Positions 1 through 13,014 of a DNA stretch of 41,494 bases are shown here, one piece after another. Made by a program: the position numbers and the translations under genes. The notes under the pieces are model-generated. The model saw only the letters and a program-made list of their open reading frames with translations. It did no database searches and was not told where the DNA came from. The DNA lies in assembly GCA_963733375.1 (NCBI GenBank), contig CAVTDB010000011.1, forward strand, positions 1 through 41,494, in the 5' to 3' direction. Within the stretch, counting starts at the first letter, position 1. Each line of letters opens with the position of its first letter. Source of the stretch: Nitrospirota bacterium. Its GTDB lineage: Bacteria; Nitrospirota; JACRHJ01.

Positions 1-283
1 CCAAGATTGCTATCACCGCGGAGTAAAGCGAAGTCTCTATCGAAATTACCTTCGCGGGGGCACTAGCAGCCTGTGGGAGCGCGGAAACCGGCGACGTGGC
101 TGAAGCGGTCGACGTCTGCGCCGCCGGGGCCGGGTTCACTCCTTGAACCCCCTGAGGCTGAACGGGCGCCTGGACCGGGGCCGGGGCCTTGACCGGCATC
201 GGCTTGGGAGGCGGGAATAAGTAGTTATAACCTACAAGTATGGCCACCGAGAGGGCTATTGCCAGTATTAAGTTCTTTTCCAT
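1..283 (-). CDS. yidC: Membrane protein insertase YidC, N-terminal part (runs off the window)
   Basis: Manual translation from ATG at 283: MEKNLILAIALSVAILVGYNYLFPPPKP... (hydrophobic anchor plus Pro/Ala-rich linker); canonical position after yidD in rpmH-rnpA-yidD-yidC. Confidence 0.85.
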   Translation of the reverse strand, partial: MEKNLILAIALSVAILVGYNYLFPPPKPMPVKAPAPVQAPVQPQGVQGVNPAPAAQTSTASATSPVSALPQAASAPAKVISIETSLYSAVIAIL

Positions 284-299
284 TTAAACCTTTCAAGGT

Positions 300-412
300 T
301 AAGACCGTACTTTTCTTTCGCGTGAAAGAAAAGTACCAAAAGAAAGCGGAACTTTTGTACGGCTTTTCTTTGTGTTACTTTCTTTTCACCCGAAAAGAAA
401 GTAACGGTTTTA
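300..412. repeat. Triplex-type intergenic repeat locus 1 (inward-facing pair)
   Basis: gtac-ttttctttc-gcgt-gaaagaaaa-gtacc-aaaagaaag ... cttttcttt-gtgttac-tttcttttc-accc-gaaaagaaa-gtaac; ends taagaccg/cggtttta, the right end includes the yidD stop. Confidence 0.95.
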
Positions 413-619
413 CGGTACTGGATCGAACCCGCCCGGATGAAACGGGTGGCATTTTAATATCCTTTTGGCGGTAAGGAAGAAGCCCTTGAAGAAATCATAT
501 TTCGTGAATGCACAAAGGGAGTATTCCGAACAGGATGGATAGAAACGGCAACGCGAAGGCAGAAGCGGCGATATGACCGCCCTGTATAGCTTAATGATGC
601 CGATAAACAGCCATTTCAA
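410..619 (-). CDS. yidD: Membrane protein insertion efficiency factor YidD
   Basis: [10 protein letters not shown] and [17 protein letters not shown] motifs; synteny. Confidence 0.95.
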   Translation of the reverse strand: MKWLFIGIIKLYRAVISPLLPSRCRFYPSCSEYSLCAFTKYDFFKGFFLTAKRILKCHPFHPGGFDPVP

Positions 620-1056
620 GGCTTATCCCTCTCCCTGTCTTTAATCACGGCGGGACGTCCGTCCAAATCACGGCTTATAACCGGCGGGTTTGCCAGCGAG
701 TCCGGTAATCCCGCCTTAATCTCGGCGAGCTTCCCGGCTATCCGCCGGACGTTCCTGGGCTATCTTAAAAAAAGGGGCGTCTCCTGCCCCTTTCCTTGCG
801 ATTAAAACCAGCTCCCACCCTGATAACGATGGGTCCAGTCCTGCCGGATGGCTTCCCGTATCCTCCGCTTCACGAGGTTACGCACGCATGCGCACCCGAC
901 CTTGCGGCTCACGGTCATCCCCACCCTTAAAGGCCCCTCTGCGGGCCTCATGACAGCTAATAAATATCTGCCCGGGCTTTTAATCCCCCCGCTGTATACC
1001 CGCTCGTACTCGGAGTGTCTCCTTATGCGGCGCGATTTATCGAGCGGGAACGGCAT
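616..1056 (-). CDS. rnpA: Ribonuclease P protein component (frameshifted in this sequence near 830 and 750)
   Basis: [28 protein letters not shown] (RNR motif); after a frame change continues as [16 protein letters not shown]... to a TGA at 616-618 overlapping the yidD TTG. Confidence 0.85.
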
Positions 1057-1084
1057 TGCCACTACCCCGAAAGGGAAAAACGTA

Positions 1085-1219
1085 CTATTTCGTAAGTCTC
1101 TTGCGGCCTTTGGCGCGTCTGCGCTTGATAACTAACCGTCCGCCCGCGGTGGACATCCTGGTTCTGAACCCGTGGGTGCGTTTCATTTTGATGTTGCTTG
1201 GCTGAAAAGTGATGCTCAT
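1085..1219 (-). CDS. rpmH: 50S ribosomal protein L34 (below the ORF-track size cut-off)
   Basis: Manual translation [44 protein letters not shown]; GGGAGA SD upstream. Confidence 0.95.
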   Translation of the reverse strand: MSITFQPSNIKMKRTHGFRTRMSTAGGRLVIKRRRAKGRKRLTK

Positions 1220-1262
1220 AGTCTTCTCCCGTTAAATTGATGCCTTCAGGTCAAAAAAGCGT

Positions 1263-1291
1263 ATTATTATTCAAAACGAAGGAAAAGTCAA
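1263..1291 (-). promoter_or_regulatory. Putative sigma70 promoter for rpmH
   Basis: Minus strand TTGACT-N16/17-TAATAA/AATAAT just upstream of rpmH. Confidence 0.4.
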
Positions 1292-1339
1292 GGATAGTTT
1301 ACTAAAACGCCCGGCATCTTGTCCCTGTTCATCCCTGTG

Positions 1340-1985
1340 TTTTTAAGATAAGAAAATAGTAACACTAATAGCTAGTGGCTGTGGAATTGTGGGGGGCGCT
1401 GTTAAGACCCCGTTAAGACACGTAAACCGGAGGTGGAAATCCTGTGGGTAAAATGGCCCCGCAACGGCCCTGACACTCTGCGTAACTACCCGCCTTAGTA
1501 TTTAAAAATACTTGAATTAACAGGTTTTTAAACTTTATTCAAGGGATAGAAATTTCTTGATTACCGACCCTGTTTCTGTTATCATGCAACACTCCCCTAT
1601 AAGGGGGATTAAGCGGGCAGGGGGACGGTTTGTTGCCGCCGTGTCCGCGTAATGTCTCGGGGCCGTGTCGTTTTAGTGACCGGCAAACTGGCAAGGACGC
1701 GCGTTGCCCTTTAAGCCCATAGACGGGACAAAGATCAGGGGCGTGGATGTGCAAAGGAATTCAAATGGGGAGCCAGGCTCTAAATTGGAGGGGGCTTGTG
1801 TTCCTGAGTAATTTAGACAGCTTTTTTGAAGCGTCTCCCCGCAAAGAAGCAAAACAACGGAAAAACGCGGACTTAAACCCTGTGAAAAATAATAGCTTAA
1901 CGCACGGTTTTAAGGTAAAAAGCAATTGAAAAATAAGTGAAAATTAACTTATCAACACCTGTGGAAAACGATGTGCGTAACTAAG
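1340..1985. promoter_or_regulatory. Probable oriC / dnaA regulatory region
   Basis: Intergenic between divergent rpmH and dnaA; DnaA-box-like 9-mers at 1380-1388, 1443-1451 (TTACCCACA on minus), 1881-1889 (TTTTTCACA), 1949-1957 (TTATCAACA), 1960-1968 (TTTTCCACA), 1972-1980; NAN trio run at 1354-1371; AT-rich tract near 1495-1560. Confidence 0.75.
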
Positions 1986-2047
1986 GCGCGGGAATAGACG
2001 CCTAAAACCATTATTGGTGAAGGCTTTATGGATTATCAGGAAAAATT

Positions 2048-3425
2048 ATGCAGGAAGTAGTAAAGGATATCTGGTCGGAGGCACGGGAGCTTATATCGAA
2101 AGAGGTGAGCCGCCAGAACTTCGACACCTGGATACGCCCAGTGCGGCTCCAGTCCATAGACGGGACGGGGGTGACGTTAAGCGTCCCGAACCGGTTCTTT
2201 AAAGAATGGCTGCACGAGCATTATTTCGAGCTTCTGACCCGGGTACTGAAGGAAGTGCTGGAAAGGGACGAAATCGCCCTTTCTTTTCAGAATATCCAAA
2301 GGGGGCCAGGCGGCAGGGCACGGCCTGGAAGAGATGCCGCCTGCTCCGGCCCTTCCGGCACCCCAGGTCCCGGTTGCCGCAGAACCCCAGAAGATAAGGG
2401 TAAAAAACAACGGCTTCAACCCCAAATACACCTTCTGCAGTTTCGTGGTCGGCAAGTCGAACGAGTTCGCGCATGCCGCGGCCAAAGCCGTCGCGGAAAA
2501 CCCGGCCAGGGCTTATAACCCGCTCTTCGTTTACGGCGGCGTCGGACTGGGGAAGACCCACCTGCTCCAGGCCATCTGCGCGTACATAAAAGAGCACTCC
2601 CCAAAGACGCGGATAACCTTCTTGACTTCGGAGGAGTTCACAAACGAGCTTATCTCGTCCATCCACTACAACCGGATGACCGAGTTTCGGAACAAATACA
2701 GGAATACCGACCTCCTGGTTATAGACGACATACAGTTCATAGCGGGCAAGGAGCGCACCCAGGAGGAATTTTTCCATACGTTCAATACCCTGCACGAATA
2801 CGGCAAGCAGATAGTGATGTCCTCCGACCGCTTCCCCAAAGAGATGCCGGACATGGAGGAGCGCCTCCGGTCGCGTTTTGAATGGGGGCTCATAGCGGAC
2901 ATCCAGCCGCCGGACATGGAGACGAAGGCGGCCATCGTGGCGAAGAAGGCGGAGCAGGAAGGCATAACCGTCCCGGAAGACGTGGCAATGTTTTTGGCCA
3001 ACAACATAAAATCCAACGTCCGGGAGCTGGAGGGCTCGCTGATACGCTTGGGGGCCTACGCATCGCTTACGGGCCGCCAGATAACCCTGGAGCTTGCCAG
3101 GACGGTGTTAAGGGACGTCATAACCGAAAAGGAGAGGGTAATCGGCCTGGACGAGATAATAAAACTCGTGGCCGACCACTTCCAGATAAAGATATCCGAG
3201 ATAAAGTCCAAGAAACGGACCCGGAACCTGGTGCACCCCCGGCAGGTGGCGATGTATTTATGCAGGACGGTCGCCGGCAGCTCTCTTCCGGAGGTCGGGA
3301 AGGCGTTCGGCGGGAAAGACCATACCACGGTCCTGCACGCATGCCGGCAGGTGGACGGGAAGCGTTCAAGCGATATCAAGTTCGACGCAGAGGTAGAGTC
3401 CCTGGCAAAGGCGGTAAAGGGATAA
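2048..3425 (+). CDS. dnaA: Chromosomal replication initiator DnaA (frameshift near 2290-2335)
   Basis: Domain I (FDTWIRP, VPNRFFKEW) in ORF 2048; AAA+ Walker A GGVGLGKTH, IDDIQF and domain IV GGKDHTTV in ORF 2334-3425. Confidence 0.97.
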
Positions 3426-3432
3426 ATCTGAT

Positions 3433-4474
3433 ATGACCGACGAGATAGCAGGTAAATATTCGGACATTATTTTTTATTCATCGCCAGAGGGCGACACCCG
3501 CGTCGAGGTGCTTTTTGGCGATGAAACGTTCTGGTTGAGTCAAAAACGGATGGCGGAATTATTTGGCGTGGATGTTCGTACAATAAATGAGCATCTAAAA
3601 AATATATTTAATACCAACGAGTTGGATGATAATTCAGTTATCCGGAAAATCCGGATAACTGCCGAAGATGGAAAAAATTATCTAACAAATTTTTATAATT
3701 TGGATGCAATTATCGCCGTTGGTTACCGGGTAAACAGCTACCAAGCAACTCAGTTCCGTATGTGGGCCACGAAGACACTTAAAGAATTTATTGTAAAAGG
3801 TTTTGTCCTCGACGATGAAAGGCTCAAGCAAGGGAAAAAATTCGGTCGGGATTACTTCGATGAGCTTCTTGAGCGTATTCGAGAGATACGGGCGAGCGAG
3901 AGGCGGTTTTACCAGAAGATAACGGATATTTATCAGCAGTGCAGTATCGACTATGATAAAAATGCTGAAATAACCAAAAATTTCTTTGCAATTATTCAGA
4001 ATAAGCTGCATTGGGCAGTAATGGGAAAAACTGCCGCGGAAATAATTGCTGGCAGGGCTCACGCGGATAAGCCGAAAATGGGACTAATGACCTGGAAAAA
4101 CAGCCCGGACGGGAAAATAATGAAGTCCGACGTTCTCGGTAGCTAAGAATTATATGACCGAAAAAGAAATAAAGGGGCTTGAAAGACTGGTATCGAGGTA
4201 CCTTGATTATGCCGAGGATCTGGCTGCAAGGATGATACCTATGACGATGAAGGATTGTGTTGAAAAACTCGATGGTTTCCTAAAATTTAACGAATATAAA
4301 ATATTGGATAACCCGGGCAAGGTACGCCATGAAGCGGCAAAAAGACTAGCTGAATCCCATTATGAGAAATTCAGGGTGATACAGGACAGGGAGTTTGAGA
4401 GCGATTTTGATAAGGAAGTGAAAAAGATTTCCCTTCCTCGTAGAAAAACCAATCATAAAAGAGAAGACGCATAA
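3433..4474 (+). CDS. Virulence RhuM family protein (frameshift near 4140)
   Basis: ETFWLSQKRMAELFGV, YNLDAIIAVGYRVNS, GFVLDDERLK, ERIREIRASERRFYQK; the family motif VAKNY bridges ORFs 3433-4146 and 4154-4474; AT-richer than its neighbours. Confidence 0.85.
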
Positions 4475-4507
4475 ATTTATTTTTATATTTAATCGGAGGG
4501 TGAGCGA

Positions 4508-5617
4508 ATGAAATTCCAGATCAAGAAGGAAGAGTTCCTCAAGGGGTTGTCAAGGGTCCAGTCCGTGGCGGACAGGCGGAACACCATGCCCATCCTCTCT
4601 AACGCCCTGATAGAGACCGTGGACGGGGGTATTGCCATAACCGCTACCGATTTAGAGATCGGCCTGAGGGGCGTTTACCAGGCGGAGGTGACGGAGCCGG
4701 GCGGGGTGACACTGTCGGCCAGGAAGCTCTTCGAGATCGTGAGGGAGCTGCCCGAGGAAGACGTATCGGTGGAGAGCGCGGAGAACAACTGGGCCACCAT
4801 AAGGAGCGGGAAGGCGACCTTCAAGTTCACGGGGCTGGCCAAGGAGGAGTTCCCCACCCTGCCCGAGATGGAGGGGGCGCAGTTCGTGCCGGTGGACTCT
4901 GTCCTGATGCACGAGCTTATCAGAAAGACCATCTTCGCCGCGGGCGACAACGATACAAGATACGTGCTGAACGGCATTTATATGGTCCTGTCAAGCGTCG
5001 ATGGCGGCTCCCAGATAGAGATGGTGGGCACGGACGGCCACCGCCTTGCCGTGCTGAAGCGGACAATCGCAACCAAGGCCGAGCCGGGCACGGCTATAAT
5101 ACCCAAGAAATCGGCAAACGAGCTGAAAAAACTTCTGGACGAGGGCGAGGGCGAGCTGATGATGGCGCTCTCCAAGAACCACATCGTCTTCCGCCTCGGC
5201 TCGCTTTATATGGTAACGCGCCTAATCGAGGGGAACTACCCCAACTACGAGCAGGTTATCCCCACCACGAACGACAAGACGGTCTTCGTGGAAAAGGTCC
5301 TTCTCTCCGCCGCATTGAAGCGCGTCTCCCTTCTCTCCCGGGAACGGACGAACGCGGTGAAGTTCACCTTCTCGAAGGAGAAGGCGGCGCTTTCCTCCCA
5401 GAACCCGGAGATGGGCGAGGCCAAAGAGGACATCCCGGTCGAGTACGGCGGCTCCGAGATAGAGGTCGGCTTCAACGCCAAGTACCTGCTTGACGCCCTC
5501 TCCGTGATGGACCAGGATAAGGTCAGCCTGCTTCTGAAGGACAACCTCTCGCCCTGCATCATCAGCCAGGCCGGGGGCGAGGCGTACAAGTGCGTCGTCA
5601 TGCCGATGCGGGTATAA
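4508..5617 (+). CDS. dnaN: DNA polymerase III beta sliding clamp
   Basis: ATDLEIG, GTDGHRL, RLIEGNYPNY, C-terminal VVMPMR. Confidence 0.97.
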   Translation: MKFQIKKEEFLKGLSRVQSVADRRNTMPILSNALIETVDGGIAITATDLEIGLRGVYQAEVTEPGGVTLSARKLFEIVRELPEEDVSVESAENNWATIRSGKATFKFTGLAKEEFPTLPEMEGAQFVPVDSVLMHELIRKTIFAAGDNDTRYVLNGIYMVLSSVDGGSQIEMVGTDGHRLAVLKRTIATKAEPGTAIIPKKSANELKKLLDEGEGELMMALSKNHIVFRLGSLYMVTRLIEGNYPNYEQVIPTTNDKTVFVEKVLLSAALKRVSLLSRERTNAVKFTFSKEKAALSSQNPEMGEAKEDIPVEYGGSEIEVGFNAKYLLDALSVMDQDKVSLLLKDNLSPCIISQAGGEAYKCVVMPMRV

Positions 5618-5623
5618 AAATTC

Positions 5624-5775
5624 CTACTTTCTTTTCGGGTGAAAAGCGGCTAGGGCGCCGCGCATTTGTCCATCTTCGGAGCCTTCGCCTCCGTAAGGTG
5701 GAAGTAGCAAAGAAAAGCCGGACTTAAAAACACCGTTTTCTTTTGCTACTTTTCTTTTTCGTAAAAGAAAAGTAG
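5624..5775. repeat. Triplex-type repeat locus 2 (pair; first unit interrupted by a ~54-bp insert at 5647-5700)
   Basis: ctac-tttcttttc-gggt-gaaaag[insert]aagtagc-aaagaaaag-ccgg ... ttttctttt-gctac-ttttctttt-tcgt-aaaagaaaa-gtag. Confidence 0.9.
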
Positions 5776-5782
5776 AGGTTTG

Positions 5783-6969
5783 ATGTTCTTTAAGAATTTG
5801 ATTCTGCGCAACATGCGCAACTATAAAAATCTGGAGCTTGCGCTCACCCCGGGCCTGAACCTCTTTTACGGGGGAAACGCCCAGGGGAAGACGAACCTGC
5901 TTGAGGCCGCGTGCCTGCTGGCGTCGCTTCGGTCGTTTCGGGGAGTGAAGCCTTTCGCCGCAGTCTCCTGGGATTCCCAGGAAGGCCTGATCCAGGGGGA
6001 GGCGGCGCGCCATAACGGGCGTCTGCGGAAATTAAAGCTTTCCATCGGACGGGGCGAGCGGAAGGTGCTCCTGGACGGGAAGCGTCCGGAGTCCGCGGCG
6101 GACTACCTCCTGAGCGTGCGGGTAATAAGTTTTTCGCCGGAGGATTTATTCCTCGTGAAGGAATATCCCTCCTCCAGGCGCCGGTTCCTGGACCGCTCGG
6201 TATTTCACCTGCGGCCCTCCTACCTTGGGCTGGTCAATCAATGCCGGGCGGCGTCAAAGCAGCTCAACTCGGCGCTGAAGGCCGGCGCCGGGTACAGTGG
6301 CGGCAGGTGCGGGGGTAGACGGGGCGCAGGACGCGGGGGGACGGAGCGAACTGGCCGGGGACGGCGGGAGATATCGGGCATATAAAGAGCTGGGAGGAAG
6401 CGGCCGCGCCTTTGTTCGCGGAAGTGACCTTGCGGCGGCGGGAGCGGGCGGAGATACTGGCTCCGCTGGCCGGGGAGATATTTGAAAAGACCCTGGGCGG
6501 AGGCCGTCTGGAACTTAAATACAAGTCGGCGGCGAAGGGGTCGGATTTAAAGGAACTGACCGGAGAGTATTTAAAACTTTTCGAAAAAAGGCGTCCGGAG
6601 GGTATGAAGCGGCGGCACAGCCTGGTCGGGCCTCATACGGACGACCTGGAAGTCCTGTTAGACGGGCGGGAGATGAAGCTCACGGCTTCGCGGGGCCAGG
6701 GTAAGCTCGCGCTTTTGTCCCTGGTCCTGGCGGACGCGGTGCAGTATAGAGAGCGCGCGGGCGAATACCCGGTGCTCCTTTTTGACGATGCGGGCTCGGA
6801 GCTGGACGACAAGAGGCTTGGGGCGCTCATGGATATGGTATCGACGATGGGCCAGGTCCTGATTACGTCCACCGACGGCGGCCTTCTCGGAAACAGAGAG
6901 GGCGCGAAGTTCAAAGTCGAGGCGGACCAGGACGGGGCAAGAGTAAGTCGTTACTTTCTTTTCGGGTGA
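5783..6969 (+). CDS. recF: DNA replication/repair protein RecF (frameshift in 6290-6390)
   Basis: Walker A GGNAQGKTNLLEA, RRRFLD, VGPHTDDL, ASRGQ, Walker B LLFDDAGSELD; between dnaN and gyrB. Confidence 0.92.
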
Positions 6970-7058
6970 AAAGAAAGTAACACAAAGAAAAGCCGGGGTT
7001 TAAACCCCCCGCTTTCTTTTGGTTCTTTTCTTTCCCGCGAAAGAAAAGAACGGTCTTA
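6944..7058. repeat. Triplex-type repeat locus 3 (pair)
   Basis: gttac-tttcttttc-gggt-gaaaagaaa-gtaacac-aaagaaaag-ccgg, spacer ggtttaaacc, ctttctttt-ggttc-ttttctttc-ccgc-gaaagaaaa-gaacggtctta. Confidence 0.95.
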
Positions 7059-7088
7059 CGAATTTGATTTTCAAGGAGAGATAAATAA

Positions 7089-9514
<2,426 letters not shown>

Positions 9515-9525
9515 AGAGTGTAAAA

Positions 9526-9742
9526 ATGACTCTTCATCCCCGAATTCGTTATTGATGAAAAGGGCAGGAATTAAAGAGCGTGCTCGTTGCCTTATAAGGA
9601 CTAATAGAGAGCTGATTGAACTCGAATTCGCAGGATTGTTATTGATGCGAAACTTATTGATGAAGCCAAAGATGAGTCGCTGCGGTGCCTTGGGAGCAGG
9701 TAATGAAGAGAACGATTATAAAAGAAAACAGTCGAGAAGTGA
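9526..9742 (+). pseudogene. Putative type II antitoxin (RelB/StbD-like), heavily indel-damaged in this sequence
   Basis: Removing inserted bases gives approx. MTLHPEFVIDEKGRKKSVLLPYKDYRELIEL..DVIDAKLIDEAKDE..VPWEQV, an acidic antitoxin-like pattern directly upstream of a RelE-like frame. Confidence 0.6.
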
Positions 9743-10022
9743 ACTTACCGGATAGAGTTCTCTTACCAGATGCGGAGAAAGAAATTCTTTCCCTTGAGTT
9801 AATAGATGTTTATTTATGGAAGAATTACAACGGCGATAGACGCTCTTCAAGATAATCCCAGACCAGAGGCGACAAGGAAACTCGCGGGCACGGTTTCAAC
9901 GAATGGCGCAATAAGAGAGGGCCGCTTTCGAAGAGTTCTCTAAATTGCAGATAGACGAGAAGGATAAAAGTGTTTTTATTGTTCGAGTGACGGATAGAAT
10001 AAGAAGCATATAGAGGAATTTA

Positions 10023-10023
<1 letters not shown>
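9739..10023 (+). pseudogene. Putative RelE/ParE-superfamily toxin, heavily indel-damaged in this sequence
   Basis: Reconstructed approx. MNYRIEF.PDAEKEILSL..DV..RITTAIDALQDNPRPEATRKLAGT.NEWRIREGRFRVL..IDEKDKSVFIVRVTDRKEAYRGI*; NPRP..RKL.G..WRIR.G.(F/Y)RV..HR..AY pattern of RelE/StbE; stop overlaps the gyrA ATG (TAATG). Confidence 0.7.
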
Positions 10024-12530
<2,507 letters not shown>

Positions 12531-12533
12531 TAG

Positions 12534-12561
12534 TTGAAAATTCCTAAATTCCTGATATAAT
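12534..12561 (+). promoter_or_regulatory. Putative sigma70 promoter for rpmE
   Basis: TTGAAA-N16-TATAAT with a TG extended -10 element. Confidence 0.6.
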
Positions 12562-12606
12562 TGCTACTTCTGTAAAATTTTAAAATTGTGGAAGGGAGAT
12601 TTGGCG

Positions 12607-12813
12607 ATGAAGGAAGCAATACACCCGAAATACGAGCCGGTGCAGATAAAATGCGCTTGCGGGAACGTGATTGAGACCCGCTCTACCAGGCAGGGCGTCT
12701 CCGTCGAAGTCTGTTCGAACTGCCACCCGTTCTTTACGGGCAAGCAGAAGCTTATGGACACCGAGGGACGGGTCGAGCGGTTCAACAAGAAATACAGGAC
12801 GAACAAGGCTTAG
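12607..12813 (+). CDS. rpmE: 50S ribosomal protein L31 (zinc-ribbon type)
   Basis: [36 protein letters not shown]; GGGAG SD. Confidence 0.97.
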   Translation: MKEAIHPKYEPVQIKCACGNVIETRSTRQGVSVEVCSNCHPFFTGKQKLMDTEGRVERFNKKYRTNKA

Positions 12814-12831
12814 GTACTCATAACTTGTATT

Positions 12832-12878
12832 ACACGATAGGAAACCCGCGGCACACGCTGGTTTCCTATTGTGTTTTT
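12832..12878 (+). terminator. Intrinsic terminator after rpmE
   Basis: acacgataggaaacc ... ggtttcctattgtgt 15-bp stem (one G-U) followed by a T run. Confidence 0.65.
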
Positions 12879-12884
12879 CAGGCC

Positions 12885-13001
12885 TGAAGTCGTTACTTTT
12901 TTTTCGGGTGAAAAAAAAGTAACACAAAAGAAAAGCCGGACATAAAAAACCAGTTTAAAAGTTTTTGGTGTTACCTTTTTACAAAAAAGGTAACGGTTTT
13001 A
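12885..13001. repeat. Triplex-type repeat locus 4 (pair)
   Basis: gttac-ttttttttc-gggt-gaaaaaaaa-gtaacac-aaaagaaaag-ccgg ... ttttt-ggtgttacc-ttttt-aca-aaaaa-ggtaacggtttta. Confidence 0.92.
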
Positions 13002-13014
13002 AATATGAGGTGTT

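Noticed and set aside
259-474. ORFs containing CYFLFTRKES / VLFFxxKEK peptides (also 5624-6013, 12580-12927, 19548-19754, 22782-23090, and N-terminal extensions at 24056 and 24850)
   Set aside because: They are translations of the repeat element overlapping real genes; no independent coding evidence.
1689-1708. Sigma54 promoter-like TGGCA...TTGC
   Set aside because: GG-to-GC spacing does not fit the -24/-12 rule.
1539-1929. Short ORFs 1539-1754 and 1747-1929
   Set aside because: They lie in the DnaA-box-containing origin region, with no recognisable motifs or RBS.
2290-2340. Programmed frameshifting or pseudogenisation of dnaA and other core genes
   Set aside because: Too many unrelated essential genes are affected; assembly error is more parsimonious.
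9552-9755. 67-aa ORF from the track as a real protein
   Set aside because: It is an off-frame mosaic of the indel-damaged antitoxin-like gene.
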